Below are positions 18,667 through 37,005 of a DNA stretch of 64,000 nucleotides, piece by piece. Both the position numbers and the translations under genes were made by a program. Source of the stretch: the human T2T-CHM13v2.0 reference genome, Homo sapiens. The DNA lies in NCBI RefSeq assembly GCF_009914755.1, contig NC_060928.1. One strand, written 5' to 3'. How positions within the stretch are numbered: position 1 is the first letter of the stretch; the number at the start of each line of letters is the position of its first letter. The notes under the pieces are model-generated. The model did no database searches. It was not told where the DNA came from and saw nothing but the letters and a program-made list of their open reading frames with translations.

Positions 18667-19044
18667 TTAACTAAAAACTATTATACTGACATCAGCCCTG
18701 TCACCAGTCTGGTCTTTCCTGCTGCATATACCTAGGGAGACAACTAGAACTATATGAAGAAAGAGTCTAAGGTGGTTTTCTTATGAATTCTATTGATGAA
18801 AAATCATACAGTGGTGTGGGGGATTCTATCTCTAATTCTAATTAATTTTTAATTTTTTTTCTTCATATAAGGTCAAAGGCCAGCTGCCAGTGTTTGCTTA
18901 AGTAAAGAAGCACATATAGCAGGCACAAGCAAGGAATGAATTCAAGTGAAAATCTCACCAAAGTGAAACCGATTGGTTCACGCTGATTGTCCAGTGACAG
19001 TGCTGGGACAGTCCAGTTTTGGTGGTTGGGAAGGATTATCCAAA

Positions 19045-19380
19045 GGAATAAAATACTGGCACATGCTACAACACAGATGAACCTTGCAAAAGTTGTGCTA
19101 AGTGAAAGAAGCTAGTCCTCAAGACCACATGTTACATGATTCTGTTTATCTGAAAGTCCAGAGCAGGAAAATGCATAGAGACAAAAAGTAGATTGATTAG
19201 TAGTTGCTGGAGGCAAGGGGTGGTTCACTAAAGGGGAAGGGTATTCTTTCTGAAGTGATGAAAATGTTCTAATTGTGGCAATGGTTGCACATATCTGTGA
19301 ATATACTAAAAACCATTGAATTGTGTATTTTAACTGGGTAACTGTATGGTATGTGATTTATACCTCAACAAAGCTGTCTT
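19045..19380 (+). mobile_element. L1MB/ME 3' end
   Basis: acatgctacaacacagatgaacctt...gctaagtgaaagaagc...gatgaaaatgttcta...ttatacctcaacaaagc. Confidence 0.85.
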
Positions 19381-19387
19381 TTGAAAA

Positions 19388-19612
19388 AGGATTGAGCCCA
19401 GGAGTTCATGACCAGCCTGGACAATATAGTGAGACCTCGTCTCTACAAAAAACTATAAAAATTAGCTGGGTGTGGTGGCGCACACCTGTAGTACTAGCTA
19501 CTCAGGCTGAGGTGGGAGAATCCCTTGAGCCCAGGAGTACGAGGTTGCAGTGATGGTGTCACTGCAAAAGAGCCTGAGCAAAACAGCAAGATCTTGTCTC
19601 TAAAAAAAAAGA
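19388..19612 (+). mobile_element. 5'-truncated AluJ
   Basis: Starts at ggattgagcccaggag; A tail. Confidence 0.85.
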
Positions 19613-20533
19613 AAGGATTGTCCATGTGCATACTTTGTTCATTCTCATACTTCATACCGTGCTGTCTTCTTTCCTTAGTACTTGTACAGGAACCACTATG
19701 ATAAAAGACACATTGGAAGCACAGAAGAGGGGCAGGTAAATTACAATGAGGGCTCAGAGGCAGCTTCCTGTAGAGAGTGGCTCTCAAGTTGAATTTTAAA
19801 GAACAAGCATGAGTAGCTAGCTAGAGAATGAGGGGATAGGGTGTGTCAAGTGGGAGTTAAGAGCCGGAGGGGAACTTCAGCTCTGGAAGGCACCATTGGC
19901 AGTGGCCTGCCCCATTCTTGGTCCCAGCATCTGCAGAATAGAACCATTCTGGTTCTAGATTTTCCTGGGTAACCTTGACCCTTGGGGTCTGGTGACTTCA
20001 TCTCCTTCTATTCCTTCAGCCTTAGGACTGGCTATTGGTAGTGGCTTGCTGTTGTTGTTAACTTCTGGATTATCTAAGCATCCTTATTGGTTTCTCAGCT
20101 CTTTCATCTCTGCTCTGAAGACCGAAAAAAAAAAAAAAAAAAAAAAAAAGAGAGAGAGCAGGCTGTGGGAGGCATGGAATAATCAACACCATTTCTGATG
20201 GGAAACTTCGATGAACTGTGAATGGCTGGGGTGAAGGATGTGTGTAAGAGGAGAGGAACAAATAAAATTAGAGAAGTAGAGTGTTAGGTATTAAGCTAAA
20301 AGCCGCAGGGAGCCATTGAAGGATTAAGTAGGGGATCTGATTAGCATTTAGAAAGATCATTCTGATAGCAATGTAAAGAATGGGCTTATTGCAGTTGGCC
20401 ATGAACAGACTAGCAATAAGAAAACAAACATGTGGGAAACTGTTTCAGTGAGGGAGGGTGGACTAGTCAGCAATTCTCAAACATTTTGGCCTTAGGTGCT
20501 CTTCATACTCTTGAAAATTATTAAAGGCTCCAA

Positions 20534-20872
<339 letters not shown>

Positions 20873-21339
20873 TCACGTACAGACACAACAATGTGATAGA
20901 GGAGAGATTTTTCCATTAATGAATATTTCTGTTTAAGAGCCAGGATAACCTTTTTCAAAAATTCCTCAGCTCACTCTCCCAGTGCTTAAATCACAGAAAA
21001 AGGAAAAGGAGCTGTGTTTGGTTTAAACCAACCATGATTCACTCCCTGGAGCCAGGGTTGGGCATGGGGCCAGCCTCTTCTGAAGCTTATAGAGGCTCCT
21101 ACTAGCAAGGACGAATGTGAAGAGGGTAAGTGCTCTTGGGTAAGCAGCTGTCAGCAGCTGCTACAGGATTCATCAATGCAGAAGTTGTCAGTGGAAGTCT
21201 GATGTCTACTGATGATTAACCAAAGAGTACTGAAGTCAGAAGAGCTGAGACAGAGGACAGGACTCTAAAGAATGCTGACACTTAGGAAAATGAGCAAAGT
21301 AAAATGAAGCTCTGAAAGAAACTGACCTGGGACATAAGA

Positions 21340-21540
21340 GTGCAGTGATTAAGAGCATGCGCTCCGAAGTGAGACTGAGTTAGGTGCTACTAACGTTAGC
21401 TGTCGGATCATGGGAAAATCACTTCGTTTTCTCATCTATAAAATGGGGAGGAATTATACCTATTTCATTAGTGCTGTTAAGAGGTTGGATTAAATAATAG
21501 TAATATGTGTACTTAACACAGAACCCTTAATAAATGAAGG
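21340..21540 (+). mobile_element. MIR
   Basis: gtgattaagagcatg...ttctcatctataaaatgggga...ttaaataa. Confidence 0.75.
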
Positions 21541-21918
21541 CTACTCTATTATTAGTTTTAATATTCATGAGGATCTGCTTCAGAGATGGAAAGATAATGA
21601 GATGGAACAGAAGACAAGAGAAGATAATTTTTAAAGTGTCTCTAGTGATAAATACTGGAAAGAAGTCAAATAAGGTAAGGACCATCATGAAATGATTATA
21701 AGTGGTCCTATTCACGTTTTTAGCATCTACTATTGGCTTATATTAAACTAACAGCTAGCCAAATCCACAAAATTGCTTTTACACAAAATCCAGCCAAACT
21801 AGTTGCCTTTCTTTCTGTACCTTTGTAGCTAACTGCAGGATTTCCATTTTATACACTATGCTGTATCTAACTTTTTAGTCTAATGTTCTAGCCTGGCAAG
21901 ATCAGTTTGAATCTTTGA

Positions 21919-22309
<391 letters not shown>

Positions 22310-22433
22310 TGTGTCTTGTATATTTTTATGTAATCTTTTTATAACAAGTAAGTGGTAAGCATACTTAAAAGGAAAGTAACTTTTCTCCAAGCCGCATTCA
22401 GTTTTCTCATCTGTAAGTTGAGTATAATTAACA

Positions 22434-23032
22434 GGCCAGGCACGGTGGCTCACGCCTGTAATCCCAGCACTTTGGGAGGCCGAGGCAGGCGGATCACAAG
22501 GTCAGGAGATCGAAACTATCCTGGCTAACACGGTGAAACCCCGTCTCTACTAAAAAATACAAAAAATTAGCCGGGCGCGGTGGCGGGTGCCTGTGGTCCC
22601 AGCCAGTCGTGGGGCTGAGGCAGGAGAATGGCGTGAACCCGGGAGCAGAGCTTGCAGTGAGCTGAGATCGTGCCACTGCACTCCAGCCTGGGCGACAGAG
22701 CGAGACTCCATCTCAAAAAAAAAAAAAAAAAAAAAAAGCCAGGCACGGTGGCTCACGTCTGCAATCCCAGCACTTTGGGAGGCCGAGGCGGGCGGATCAC
22801 GAGGTCAGGAGATCAACACCATCTTGGCTGACACAGTGAAATCCCGTCTCTACTAAAAATACAAAAAATTAGCCGGGCGTGGTGGCGGGCGCCTGTAGTC
22901 CCAGCTACTCGGGAGGCTGAGGCAGGAGAATGGCGTGAACCTGGGAGGCGGAGCTCGCAGTGAACGAGATCGCGCCACTGCACTCCAGCCTGGGCGACAC
23001 AGTAAGACTCTGCCTCAAAAAAAAAAAAAAAA
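22434..23032 (+). mobile_element. Two tandem AluY (22434-22737, 22738-23032) inside a MIR fragment
   Basis: gagatcga...catcctggctaacacgg, gaatggcgtgaaccc; the pair is flanked by tgagtataatta. Confidence 0.92.
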
Positions 23033-23779
23033 TGAGTATAATTATATTGATTTCAGATAAAGTGTCATAAATAAGTAAATGCCTAAACATTCAATCCTCA
23101 ATTGAAGCCTGTATCTGGCACATAGAAGATGCTCATGAATTCTTCCTTGTCACCTTTTTCTCCTCTTCCCTGTGTCACTCCTTCCCTTCCTTTCTCTTTA
23201 AATTTCTTTAAACATTGCTTTAATATACTGTCTTGCCTAACAAAAGAAACTGCATATAGAAGGGTGCATTGAGATCCAACTGGACAGAAGAGATTAAACT
23301 GAATTTCATGCTTTGAGTTGGTGGTGGCTCCCTAACGTGAGGATAGAGACACAAATAACAAAAGATACTTCTGTCTCTTTTAAGGGAAAATTTTTAATTC
23401 CCACTCATATACTGTTGTCTTCTCCAGGTCTAGCCCTATACCTAACATCTCCTCTGGGTCTCACATCCCTTCTAGCCCCTCAAAGCACACCATAGTTATT
23501 TCACGACTAATAGAAAAATATGAATTTAGTATCAACAATAGGCACAGCATCAAATTAGGACCAAATATATGATTCTAGAGGCAGAAAACAACCTCTCTGC
23601 CACTTAGAACCTAATGAACTCTAGTACCTGGGTTTAATTCTTTTAGACTAGAGTCTCCATTTTCCTGAAAATCTACTACCTCATCCTAACACCCTGGGAA
23701 AAGAAAGAAAATTTGAGGAACCTTCGGGATTCCTGCCCCCTCTCCTGGGTAATATGGTCATGCCATTGATGTATTCTGT

Positions 23780-24900
23780 CACGCTGTCAACAAACATTTA
23801 TTAAGCCCTTATTATGTTTCAGGCACATTTATAAATACTAGGGATGCTGGGATGAGCAATACAGACAAGGTTCTCATGGGTTTTACATTCTAGAGGGGGA
23901 GACAATCACGCAGAAAAATATACCAACAAGGCAATAGTAGAAATAAGTAAGCTGGGTGCAGTGGCTCATGCCTGTAATCTCAATGACTTGGGAGGCTGAG
24001 GTGGGAAGATTGAGGCCAGCCTGGGCAACATGACAAAATTCCATCATTACAAAGAGATTAAAAAAAAAAAATTAGCTGGATATGGTGACACGCACCTGTA
24101 GTCCCAGCTACTCAGGAGGCTGGGGAGGGTGGATTACTTAAGCCCAGGAGTTCTAGGTTGTAGTGAGCTATGATTGTAATCATGCCACTGCACACCAGCC
24201 TTGGTGACAGAGTGAGACCCTGACTCTGAAAGAAAAGAAGAGAAGAGGAGAAAAGAAAAGAGAAAAGCAAAACAAAAACAAATGTGATATGGGGCATTTG
24301 AACAGATGACATGCTGTGGGGATCGTACGGCTCCTTTAGAGTAGGTGAGCAGGAAAACCGTCTGAACAGGTGACATTTCAGCTGAGACCTGAATTACAAG
24401 AAAGAACAAGTCACAGTAAAATGTAGAGAATATTCCAGGCAGAAGAAACACCAGCACAAAATCCCTGAGATGGGGATAAAACTGCTGTGTTCAGAGGGTT
24501 GAGAGGAAGAGGAGAGTGGTGTGTGATAAAGTTGAAGGGCCAGGGTCAGGTCACACTGTCAGGACCTCACAAACCTGAGAGCTGTTTAGAATTTCCTGGG
24601 GAGCTTTAAGAAACATGTGGGGCCTTCCTCCAGAGATTCTGATTCACTTGATCCAAGGTGGGGCCCAGGCATCAAAAGATCCCAGGGGATTCCTGTGTGC
24701 AACCTAGTTAAGACTCACTGATGTCTGGGGTTCACATGCCATGGTAGGCAGCCTGCATTTTCTCCTAAGTGGGATGGGAAGTCACTAAAGGGTATGGAAG
24801 CAGAGAAGTGATGGGATTTGAGTGATTTATTTAAAAGATCTCCCTAGCTGCTGTAAGGAGAATGGATTGTAATGAATCAAGAAAGAAAGCAGGCCATTAT
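23780..24900. mobile_element. L2 fragments with AluJ (23950-24281, +) and a MER5-like piece (~24570-24720)
   Basis: caacaaacatttattaagc...; gtgacatttcagctgagacctgaa; Alu with left-arm deletion. Confidence 0.7.
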
Positions 24901-24959
24901 TGTTCAAGTCTTTTTGGAGACATATGCTTTAATTCCTCTTGGGTAAATATTTACGAATG

Positions 24960-25510
24960 AAATTGCTGGAAATACCCCAATGTCCATCAAAAGGTGACTA
25001 GATAAACAAATTGTGATATGTTCATACAATAAAATATTACTCAGCAATAAAAATAAAGAACTACTGATACACAAAATAACATAGATGCATCTCAAAACCA
25101 TTATGCTGAGTAAGACCAGCCAGACACAAAACAGTATATGCTGTACTATTTCTTTTATGAGGTTTAAGAAGAGGTAAAACTAACCTATGGTGATAGCAAT
25201 AGAAGTGGCTGCTTCTAGGGGCACAAGGATTGACTGAAAGAGGGTTACTAGGGAATTTATGAGGGTAATAAAAATGTTCTACATCTTGATTATATGGGTA
25301 TACACGTTTATAAAAACTCTTTGGATGGTACACTTAGGATTGGTACATTTCACTGTATGCAAATTTAAAAAAAAAAAGAACTACTACAACTACACACATA
25401 ATAAAATGGCTTAAAAAAGAAAAAAAACAATACCAAGTGCTGGAGAGGATGTGGAAATCCCATATGTTACTGATGGGAATACGAAATGGTATATCTGCTT
25501 TAAAAAATAG
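24960..25510 (+). mobile_element. L1ME/MB fragments
   Basis: aatgtccatcaa...gataaacaaattgtg...atagatgcatctcaaaaccattatgctgagt. Confidence 0.8.
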
Positions 25511-26122
<612 letters not shown>

Positions 26123-26971
26123 TCTGGCACTTTCTTATAAAATTAAACAGGTACTTACCATATGACACAGCAATCTTACTTCTTGGTATTTACTCAAGAG
26201 AATAAAATATGTCACAGAAAGACCCTTATGTGACGGTTTACAGCTGTTTTATTCACAACAGTTGATTTTTGAAAACCAGAGAAAAGCATCAGGGATTACA
26301 GTTGGGAGACTATGGCAGTAGTCCTGGTGAAAGACAGTAACTAGGTCTAGGCTGCTAGGAATGAAGATGAAGAGAAGTTAACAAATCCAGGATGTATCTG
26401 GAGAGAGAGTCTAAAGGCATTGCCAATGGTGTGAGAAGAAGAAAGGAATCCAGAATGACTCTAAGGTATTTGGTATGAGCAACTGGATGGATGATGATGC
26501 CATTTATGGGGCTGTGAAAGAATGGGGAAAGTAGGCGAGGATAGACAAAAATCCAGGGTTCTCTTTTAGCCATGTTAAGATGGCTTATTAGACTTCACAA
26601 ACAGTGGAGCAGTAGATTTGGGAAAAAGATGCCTCCATCTTTTATTGTTAGAACATAAACTGTCAATCTGGTGACTAGGAGGAGGCTGTGATGATAGGTG
26701 GCAGCAGAACGCCACGCTTTGGAGTTGTGATAGTGTGTCAGGAATAGGCTGACAAGCCACAGAATTAGGTATGATCTAGAATCTCTGTAGAATTGTGGAC
26801 CTAACAGATAGAAGGAATAGAAAAAGAATTCAGGATGAGATGAAACAATCAATAGCTTAATCCAAACAAATGGTGTAATCACTGAATGGAGGTTTATAGG
26901 AGCTAATCAGGCTTGGAAATTAGATAATGATATGATTTAGGTTCAAAGATGTGGGCTAATGTGAGCATTTC

Positions 26972-27365
26972 TTATTAGTTATGTATTGCTATGAAACAAA
27001 TTACTCCAAACTTTAGAGGCTTAAAACAATAATAAATGTTTATAATTTTACAGGGGTTCTGTGGATTAGGAATTTAGGAGCTGGCCGGGAGCGGTGGCTC
27101 AAGCCTGTAGTCCCAGCACTTTGGGAGGCCGAGGTGGGTGGATCATGAGGTCAGGAGTCAAGACCAGCCTGGCCAACTTGGTGAAACCCCGTCTCTACTA
27201 AAAATACAAAAACAAAAATTAGACAGGCGTAGCGGCAGGCGCCTGTAATCCCAGCTACTCAGGAGGCTGAGGCAGAGAATTGCTTGAACCTGGCAGGCAG
27301 AGGTTGCAGTGAGCCAAGATTGCACCACTGCACTCCGGCCTGGGTGAAAGAGCGAGACAACGTCT

Positions 27366-27398
<33 letters not shown>

Positions 27399-27890
27399 AG
27401 GAATTTAGGAGCTGCTTGATGTTTCTGGTGTTTCCTTGTTGTTGTTGCTTTGGGGGAGGAAGAGGGCAGAATGGAGTGGCTCATTTTTAATTCAGGATCC
27501 CTCATGAGGTTGCAGTCAAAATGTTGGTGTGAGCTGCAGTTATCTGAAAGCTTGGCTGGGGCTAGAGGATCTACTTCCCAGATGGGTGATTCATACTCAT
27601 GGCAAGCTAATGCTGGCCATTGGTAGGAGGACTCAGTTCCTCACTACATGACTGCTCCACAGGAGTGCATGAGTAGCTGGCTTCGTCCAGAGCAAATGAT
27701 CCAAGAGCATGCAAGGTAGAAGTAGAAATGTTTTTGATGACCTAGCTTCAGAAGTCACTCTACATCATTTCCACACTGTCTTATTGATTTTCCAGGTCAG
27801 CCCTGTTCAGAGTGGAAGTATCCACCCAAGGGAGTGACTATGAGGTGTGAGAGAATCTCTGGGGGTTATTTTGGAGGCTGGCTACAACTC
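26972..27890 (-). mobile_element. MLT1 (MaLR) LTR interrupted by forward AluS (27083-27398)
   Basis: tattagttatgtattgctatgaaacaaattactccaaac...gaggttgcagtcaa...ggaggctggctacaac; Alu TSD aggaatttaggagct. Confidence 0.8.
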
Positions 27891-27977
27891 CTTTTTAAGT
27901 TCTAAAGTTCATGTCATATTAAGAGTAAAAGGAACTCATCTCCTGGTAGTGGTGTTATGAACAGAATTCCCTAGGTA

Positions 27978-28738
<761 letters not shown>

Positions 28739-28754
28739 TAAGAAAATCAAACAT

Positions 28755-29125
28755 GCTGGGCACGGTGGCTCACGCCTGTAATCCCAGCACTTCGGCAGGC
28801 AGAGGCGGGCGGATCACCAGGTCAGGGGATGGAGAACATCCTGGCTAACACGGTGAAACCCCGTCTCTACTAAAAATACAAACAAAACAAAACAAAAAAC
28901 AAAAAAACATTAGCCGGGAGTGGTGGCGGGCGCCTGGAGTCCCAGCTACTCTGGAGGCTGAGGCAGGAGAATGGCGTGAACCCGGGAGGCGGAATGGCGT
29001 GAACCCGGGAGGCGGAGCTTGCAGTGAGCCGAGATCGCGCCACTGCACTCCCGCCTGCGCGAAAGAGCGAGACTCCTTCTCAAAAAAAAAAAAAAAAAAA
29101 AAAAAAAGAAAAGAAAAAAGAAAAA
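28755..29125 (+). mobile_element. AluY with 23-bp internal duplication
   Basis: gaatggcgtgaacccgggaggcg twice (28969-29014); CpG-rich with long A tail. Confidence 0.92.
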
Positions 29126-29404
29126 TATATTAGTCGTGTAGTACTTATTTAAAACATATGATCTAAGTAATTGACTTACATTTGTGATTTTAAGTGGAAA
29201 TATTTCAAAATGTAAATGTAATATTAGACATTTAAAAGAACCTAAAATTAACATATTTTTAAGATTAATCGATTGCATATATATGAATCACATAAATACT
29301 TGAAAAGGAATTTTTGTCAGTCATACAACTGAAGTACTTGACAAAATAAATTAATTACTTTAAGTTTACAAATGCAGATAAAATACTTAAAGTAGGTTAA
29401 GTAA

Positions 29405-30360
<956 letters not shown>

Positions 30361-30532
30361 TAAATGTATAAATTTGACCAAACATTAATCAAAACCCTCC
30401 TCAAAAGTGATTAAATTTAGCTATATCTGTACAATTTATAAGTTGAATTTATAAGCTTACAGAAAAATCCTCGAAGGTTTTGATTTTGTAAAGTCAAATA
30501 TTAATTTTCAAAGCCAGGCAACTTCTGAATAA

Positions 30533-30700
30533 TTTCTTTCTTTTTTTCTTTTCTGAGACAGAGTCTCACTCTGTTGCCCAGGCTGGAGTGTAGTGGCATG
30601 CTCTCGGCTCCACTGCAGCCTCCATCTCTTAGGCTCAAGCAATCCTCCCACTTCAGCCTCCAGAGTAACTGGGACTACAGGTGCACGCCACCACGCTGAC
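30533..30700 (-). mobile_element. Alu right-arm monomer (J/FRAM)
   Basis: Right arm only. Confidence 0.8.
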
Positions 30701-31334
30701 CTGAATATTAATAATTTTTTCTATTTGCAAAAGCCGCCTTTGAGGGAATATATTGAATTGGATGGCAGATAAGGAAGGGGAGGTTGGGGAGAGATTTTGG
30801 CTGATGGGTCAGGCCCTGACTGAATAAGCTTGGGCCTGTCTCTAGCTGCCTTGCGAGGCTAGCTGCTCCAGTGCTATGAGCCCCTCAGTGCTGAAGCCGC
30901 AGGATGGGGGAAGGGAAGCAGAAGCCATGCCCCTGTCTGGGTTTGTCTGTCCCCAGCAACCCCTTGTCCTCACTGTGCTCTGTGCATGTAATAAATGATG
31001 CACTGGCCTTAATACCAATTCACAGCATGATTCTTGTCTCTCCGAAGGAGCTGAGCCCATGGCGTAATGGTCTTTCTTTATTAACTTGCTCTTTGATTGT
31101 CCAAGGGACTCCTAACTGACCTGCAGAACTAATTGTGGCTGTATTAAGCAAAGAGTACAGTAAAAACCCAAAGAGGATCCTGAGCATAAGAGCTGCAAAT
31201 TCACCACATTGTAGTGACATGACTGATCAATGTACAATGAAGACATAGCCAAACACTGATTAATAGTGAGTGGCAGAGCCTCACATTTCATTTTTGGTTG
31301 TAATATATTACTGTTTTAAAATTTGCTATAACTG

Positions 31335-31657
31335 GGCCGGGTGCAGTGGCTCACACTTGTAATCCCAGCATTTTGGGAGGCTGAGGCCTGTGGATCACTT
31401 GAGGCCAGGAGTTCAAAACCAGCCTGGCCAACGTGGTGTAACCCGTTTCTACTAAAAATACAAAAAAATTAGCCAGTTGTGGTGGCACACACCCGTAATC
31501 CCAGCTACTCAGGAGGCTGAGGCAGGAGAAGCGCTTGAACCCAGGAGGTGGAGGTTGCAGTGAACCGACATTGTGCCATTACACTTCAGCCTGGGCAACA
31601 AGAGTGAAACTCCAACTCAAAAAAAAAAAATAAAAATAAAAATAAATAAATAAATAA
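31335..31657 (+). mobile_element. AluS
   Basis: TSD aaa(t/c)ttgct(a/g)taactg. Confidence 0.92.
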
Positions 31658-32594
31658 AACTTGCTGTAACTGGTCTTATTCCTAAACCCCCTGCCCAGCT
31701 TGGATGTGGGGCAAGAGTGTTCTTAAATTTCCTGTTAACTGTATTTTTCTGTCTTCTATCAAAGTCCAACTCTCAGTTGGTGCTCTTGGCTTGGGATGGT
31801 GTCCAGATGCAGGAAGGAAGTCTCAAAAGCCTGGAGTGCTGGAGTGAGGTGGCCTGCTCTCCACACTGGCACGTGCGAGGTTCCCGACTTTGCTGCCCTT
31901 CACGCAGTTTTAGCAACCAAAGATGAGCTGCCCTGACCTCTGGGTTGCAACTTTTCTCTGCAGGCCTCCTCTTCCCCACCCAGGCCCTGCCAGACCAGCA
32001 GTCCGGGGCACAGCTTCAAAGCACAGCTCCGACATTCAGGGCCCCGATACAGTACTGCGGTCTCCAGCCACAGCCGTTCCTGGCTGGCCCAGTAGATAAG
32101 GCTTATTCTCAAATCCCACCCAGGGTAGCCAGCAGGCTCAGGCCACAAGTCCAGGAATCGCTAGCCGATCAAGGCTAGAGGTACCGCTTGTCTGATAAGT
32201 GACCCAGACCACGGGTGGAATCTTGGCTTGACAAGACCCACTGCCTTTCTCCTCCCCCAACTTCATCTTCGCAGTCTAACTATACTGGATTGGGTTTCCC
32301 ATTTGGCAGTAAAACTTGTGCACTCAGCCCTGAATCACTGGTCTCTCAGCATTTTTCTCCGTAACGCAGGCAAAAGCCCCGCAGCTCTTGTCATCCCAGT
32401 GGGTGATCGCCCCTCCTGATCCTTGGCATTGTGCCAAGGCTCCTTTTTCCCTACTTCTGTCTCCCACTCCTTCCTGCAGTACTCAGGGCCTAAATGGATG
32501 AACTTCTGGCAGGATGTCTTCACTCTCGTCACTAACGTCCAAGGCCCAGCCATGATGGTAGAGGGGTCTTCACTACATTATGCGAGAAGGTGTA

Positions 32595-33152
<558 letters not shown>

Positions 33153-33275
33153 TTATATTTGACAAAGAGTTACTGCCTGACTGTCATGTGCAAAGTACTG
33201 GACCCTGTCTACAATGACCTGACACCTTGGAGAGGAGGGGAAACATGTTTATAAGTATCTTCAAAGAAAAGACAG

Positions 33276-33582
33276 GGCTGGGCGCAGTGGCTCACGCCTG
33301 TAATCCCAGCACTTTGGGAGGCCGAGGCAGGTGGATCACCTGAGGCCAGGAGTTCAAGACCAGCCTGGCCAACATGGTGAAACCCTGTCTCTACTAAAAA
33401 TACAAAAATTAGGTGGGCAGGGTGGCATGCGCCTGTAGTCCTAGCTACTCAGGAAGCTGAGGTAGAAGAATCGCTTGAATCCAGGAGGCAGAGGTTGCAG
33501 TGAGCCGAGATTGAGCTACTGCAGCACTCCAGCCTGGGCGATAAAGCAAGACTCCATCTCAAAAAAAAAAAAAAGAAAGAAA
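33276..33582 (+). mobile_element. AluS
   Basis: Full dimer; TSD aagaaaagacag. Confidence 0.92.
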
Positions 33583-33959
33583 GACAGAAGATGGCAAGTG
33601 CTGTAAAAGAAATTCAAAGTATCATAGAAGCCTGGAGATGGGTGGGATGAATTCTGAATCGGTGGACCCAGGAAGGCTTCAAGGAGCATCCATAAACATC
33701 TGAGGCTTGCTTAGGGAAAGAGAATATAGGAAGGAATAAGATATACTGTATCTGCTTTTGAGAATTCATGTTCTAGTGGCAAAGACTGACATGTTTTGTG
33801 GGAAAGGTGATGTTTAAGCCAGACCTTGGAAGGCATGTACAATTTCAACAAGCAGAGATAAAGAATAAGAGAAAGAGGGATTTCCAGAAAAAGGAAAGCA
33901 TGAATATCACAGACCTATGGTTTCTTTCCCTTCCCACCCCAGCACCACTTCATCCACAG

Positions 33960-34440
33960 GGGTGAATCATCTTCTCCATACCATGAGATCCCACCTCCTG
34001 ACCACATAGTATTGGCTATTGAATATTGGCAGAATTCTTACCCAGCAAACCAATCAGTTCTTCCCTGAGACTTTTGGAACTGAAACTGAGAAAAAGTAGT
34101 CAATTTCCCTTTGGGTATGAAAGATAAACCTGGAATCTACTGATAACTATGACTTTGAGAATGCATGGAGAGAGACCGAGAGAGAAACGAGAGAGAGAGA
34201 GAGAGAGGAGTGAGAGAGAGGAAAAGAGAGAAAAAATTGAGGCAGATACAAAGGAGAGAAATGTCATAGAGAGAGAACACTGGTGGCCTGTGTGTCTCTG
34301 ATTCTGGACATTCATGAGTCTTAGCTGCATTTCTGACCTTGGATTCCCTGGAATACAGTAATATCTTTATGATACATTTTTATTTTTCCTTAAGCTAAAT
34401 TGAGGTTTTTGCTTTTTCTTCTTTGCCACTAAAAAATTCC
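33960..34440 (+). mobile_element. Probable ERVL LTR16-like relic with (GA)n tract
   Basis: ccaatcagttcttccctgagactttt...(GA)n...cttaagctaaattgaggtttt...tttgccactaaaaa resembles LTR16 architecture. Confidence 0.45.
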
Positions 34441-34446
34441 TATTGT

Positions 34447-34736
34447 ATTATTATTTATTTATTTATTTTGGTAAAGGGTCTCACTCTGTCACCCAGGCTG
34501 GAGTGCAGTGAGCTAGATCATGGCTCACTGCAGCCTTGACCTCCTGGGCTCAAGCAATCCTCCCATCTCACCCTCCTAAGTAGCTGGGACTAGAGGATGG
34601 TTAATTTTTGATTTTGTGTAGAGACAGGGTTTTACTATGTTGCCCTGGCTGGTCTCAAACTCCTGGGCTCAAGCCATCCTCCTGCCTCAGCCTCCCAAAG
34701 TGCTGGGATTACAGGTGTGAGCCACCGCACCCAGCC
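34447..34736 (-). mobile_element. AluJ
   Basis: Reverse dimer with small deletion. Confidence 0.88.
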
Positions 34737-35633
<897 letters not shown>

Positions 35634-35687
35634 TAGTGAGGAGGCATCAAGTGTCCTGGACAGGATAGTATCATGGTCCTAGTTTCA

Positions 35688-36078
<391 letters not shown>

Positions 36079-36696
36079 CTATTCAATGTCAGGTGAAAGG
36101 TAATACAGTGCCCAGTCAGGATAGCAGGTGTAGGAATGCGTAGAAAGGGACAGGCGGGAGACACACCACAGATCCAGAGTTAACCAGACTCGGCCATTTT
36201 TAACATAATTGTATGGTGGGGTGGGAGGAAGAGAGTGAAGAAACGGAAGAATTTAGATGCATTGTGCAATATGGGGGTCCATAAACATCATCGAATGGTT
36301 ACCAGATGAGAGATGATATGACCTGAAGGGCTGGTATGTAAAGAGAAGGGCAAGGCTTGAGGATCACAGGGTTGGGCCCCCATAGACATTGTAAGAGGGG
36401 TCAGGGAGTTCAAAAGGCGTTCCCTCCATTTTGATTATTTACATGAAAATTATTCTGTGCTTTCATATGAGGAGTCTAGAGCATAGTCCTTACCTGCTTT
36501 TATTTTCTTTAGGAAAAAAATTTTTGATACTCTTTACTTACATCAGGCTTCTTGTTTGAATAGTATATTTTTTTATTTGAATAGATACTGCCAGATTACT
36601 TTTCTAAAAGGCTATAACAATTTACTTTTCCACTGGTACCACATGAGTTTCCTTTCTTCCTTTTCCCTACCATTAGTAGGTATTTGCACTCTTTAA

Positions 36697-37005
<309 letters not shown>

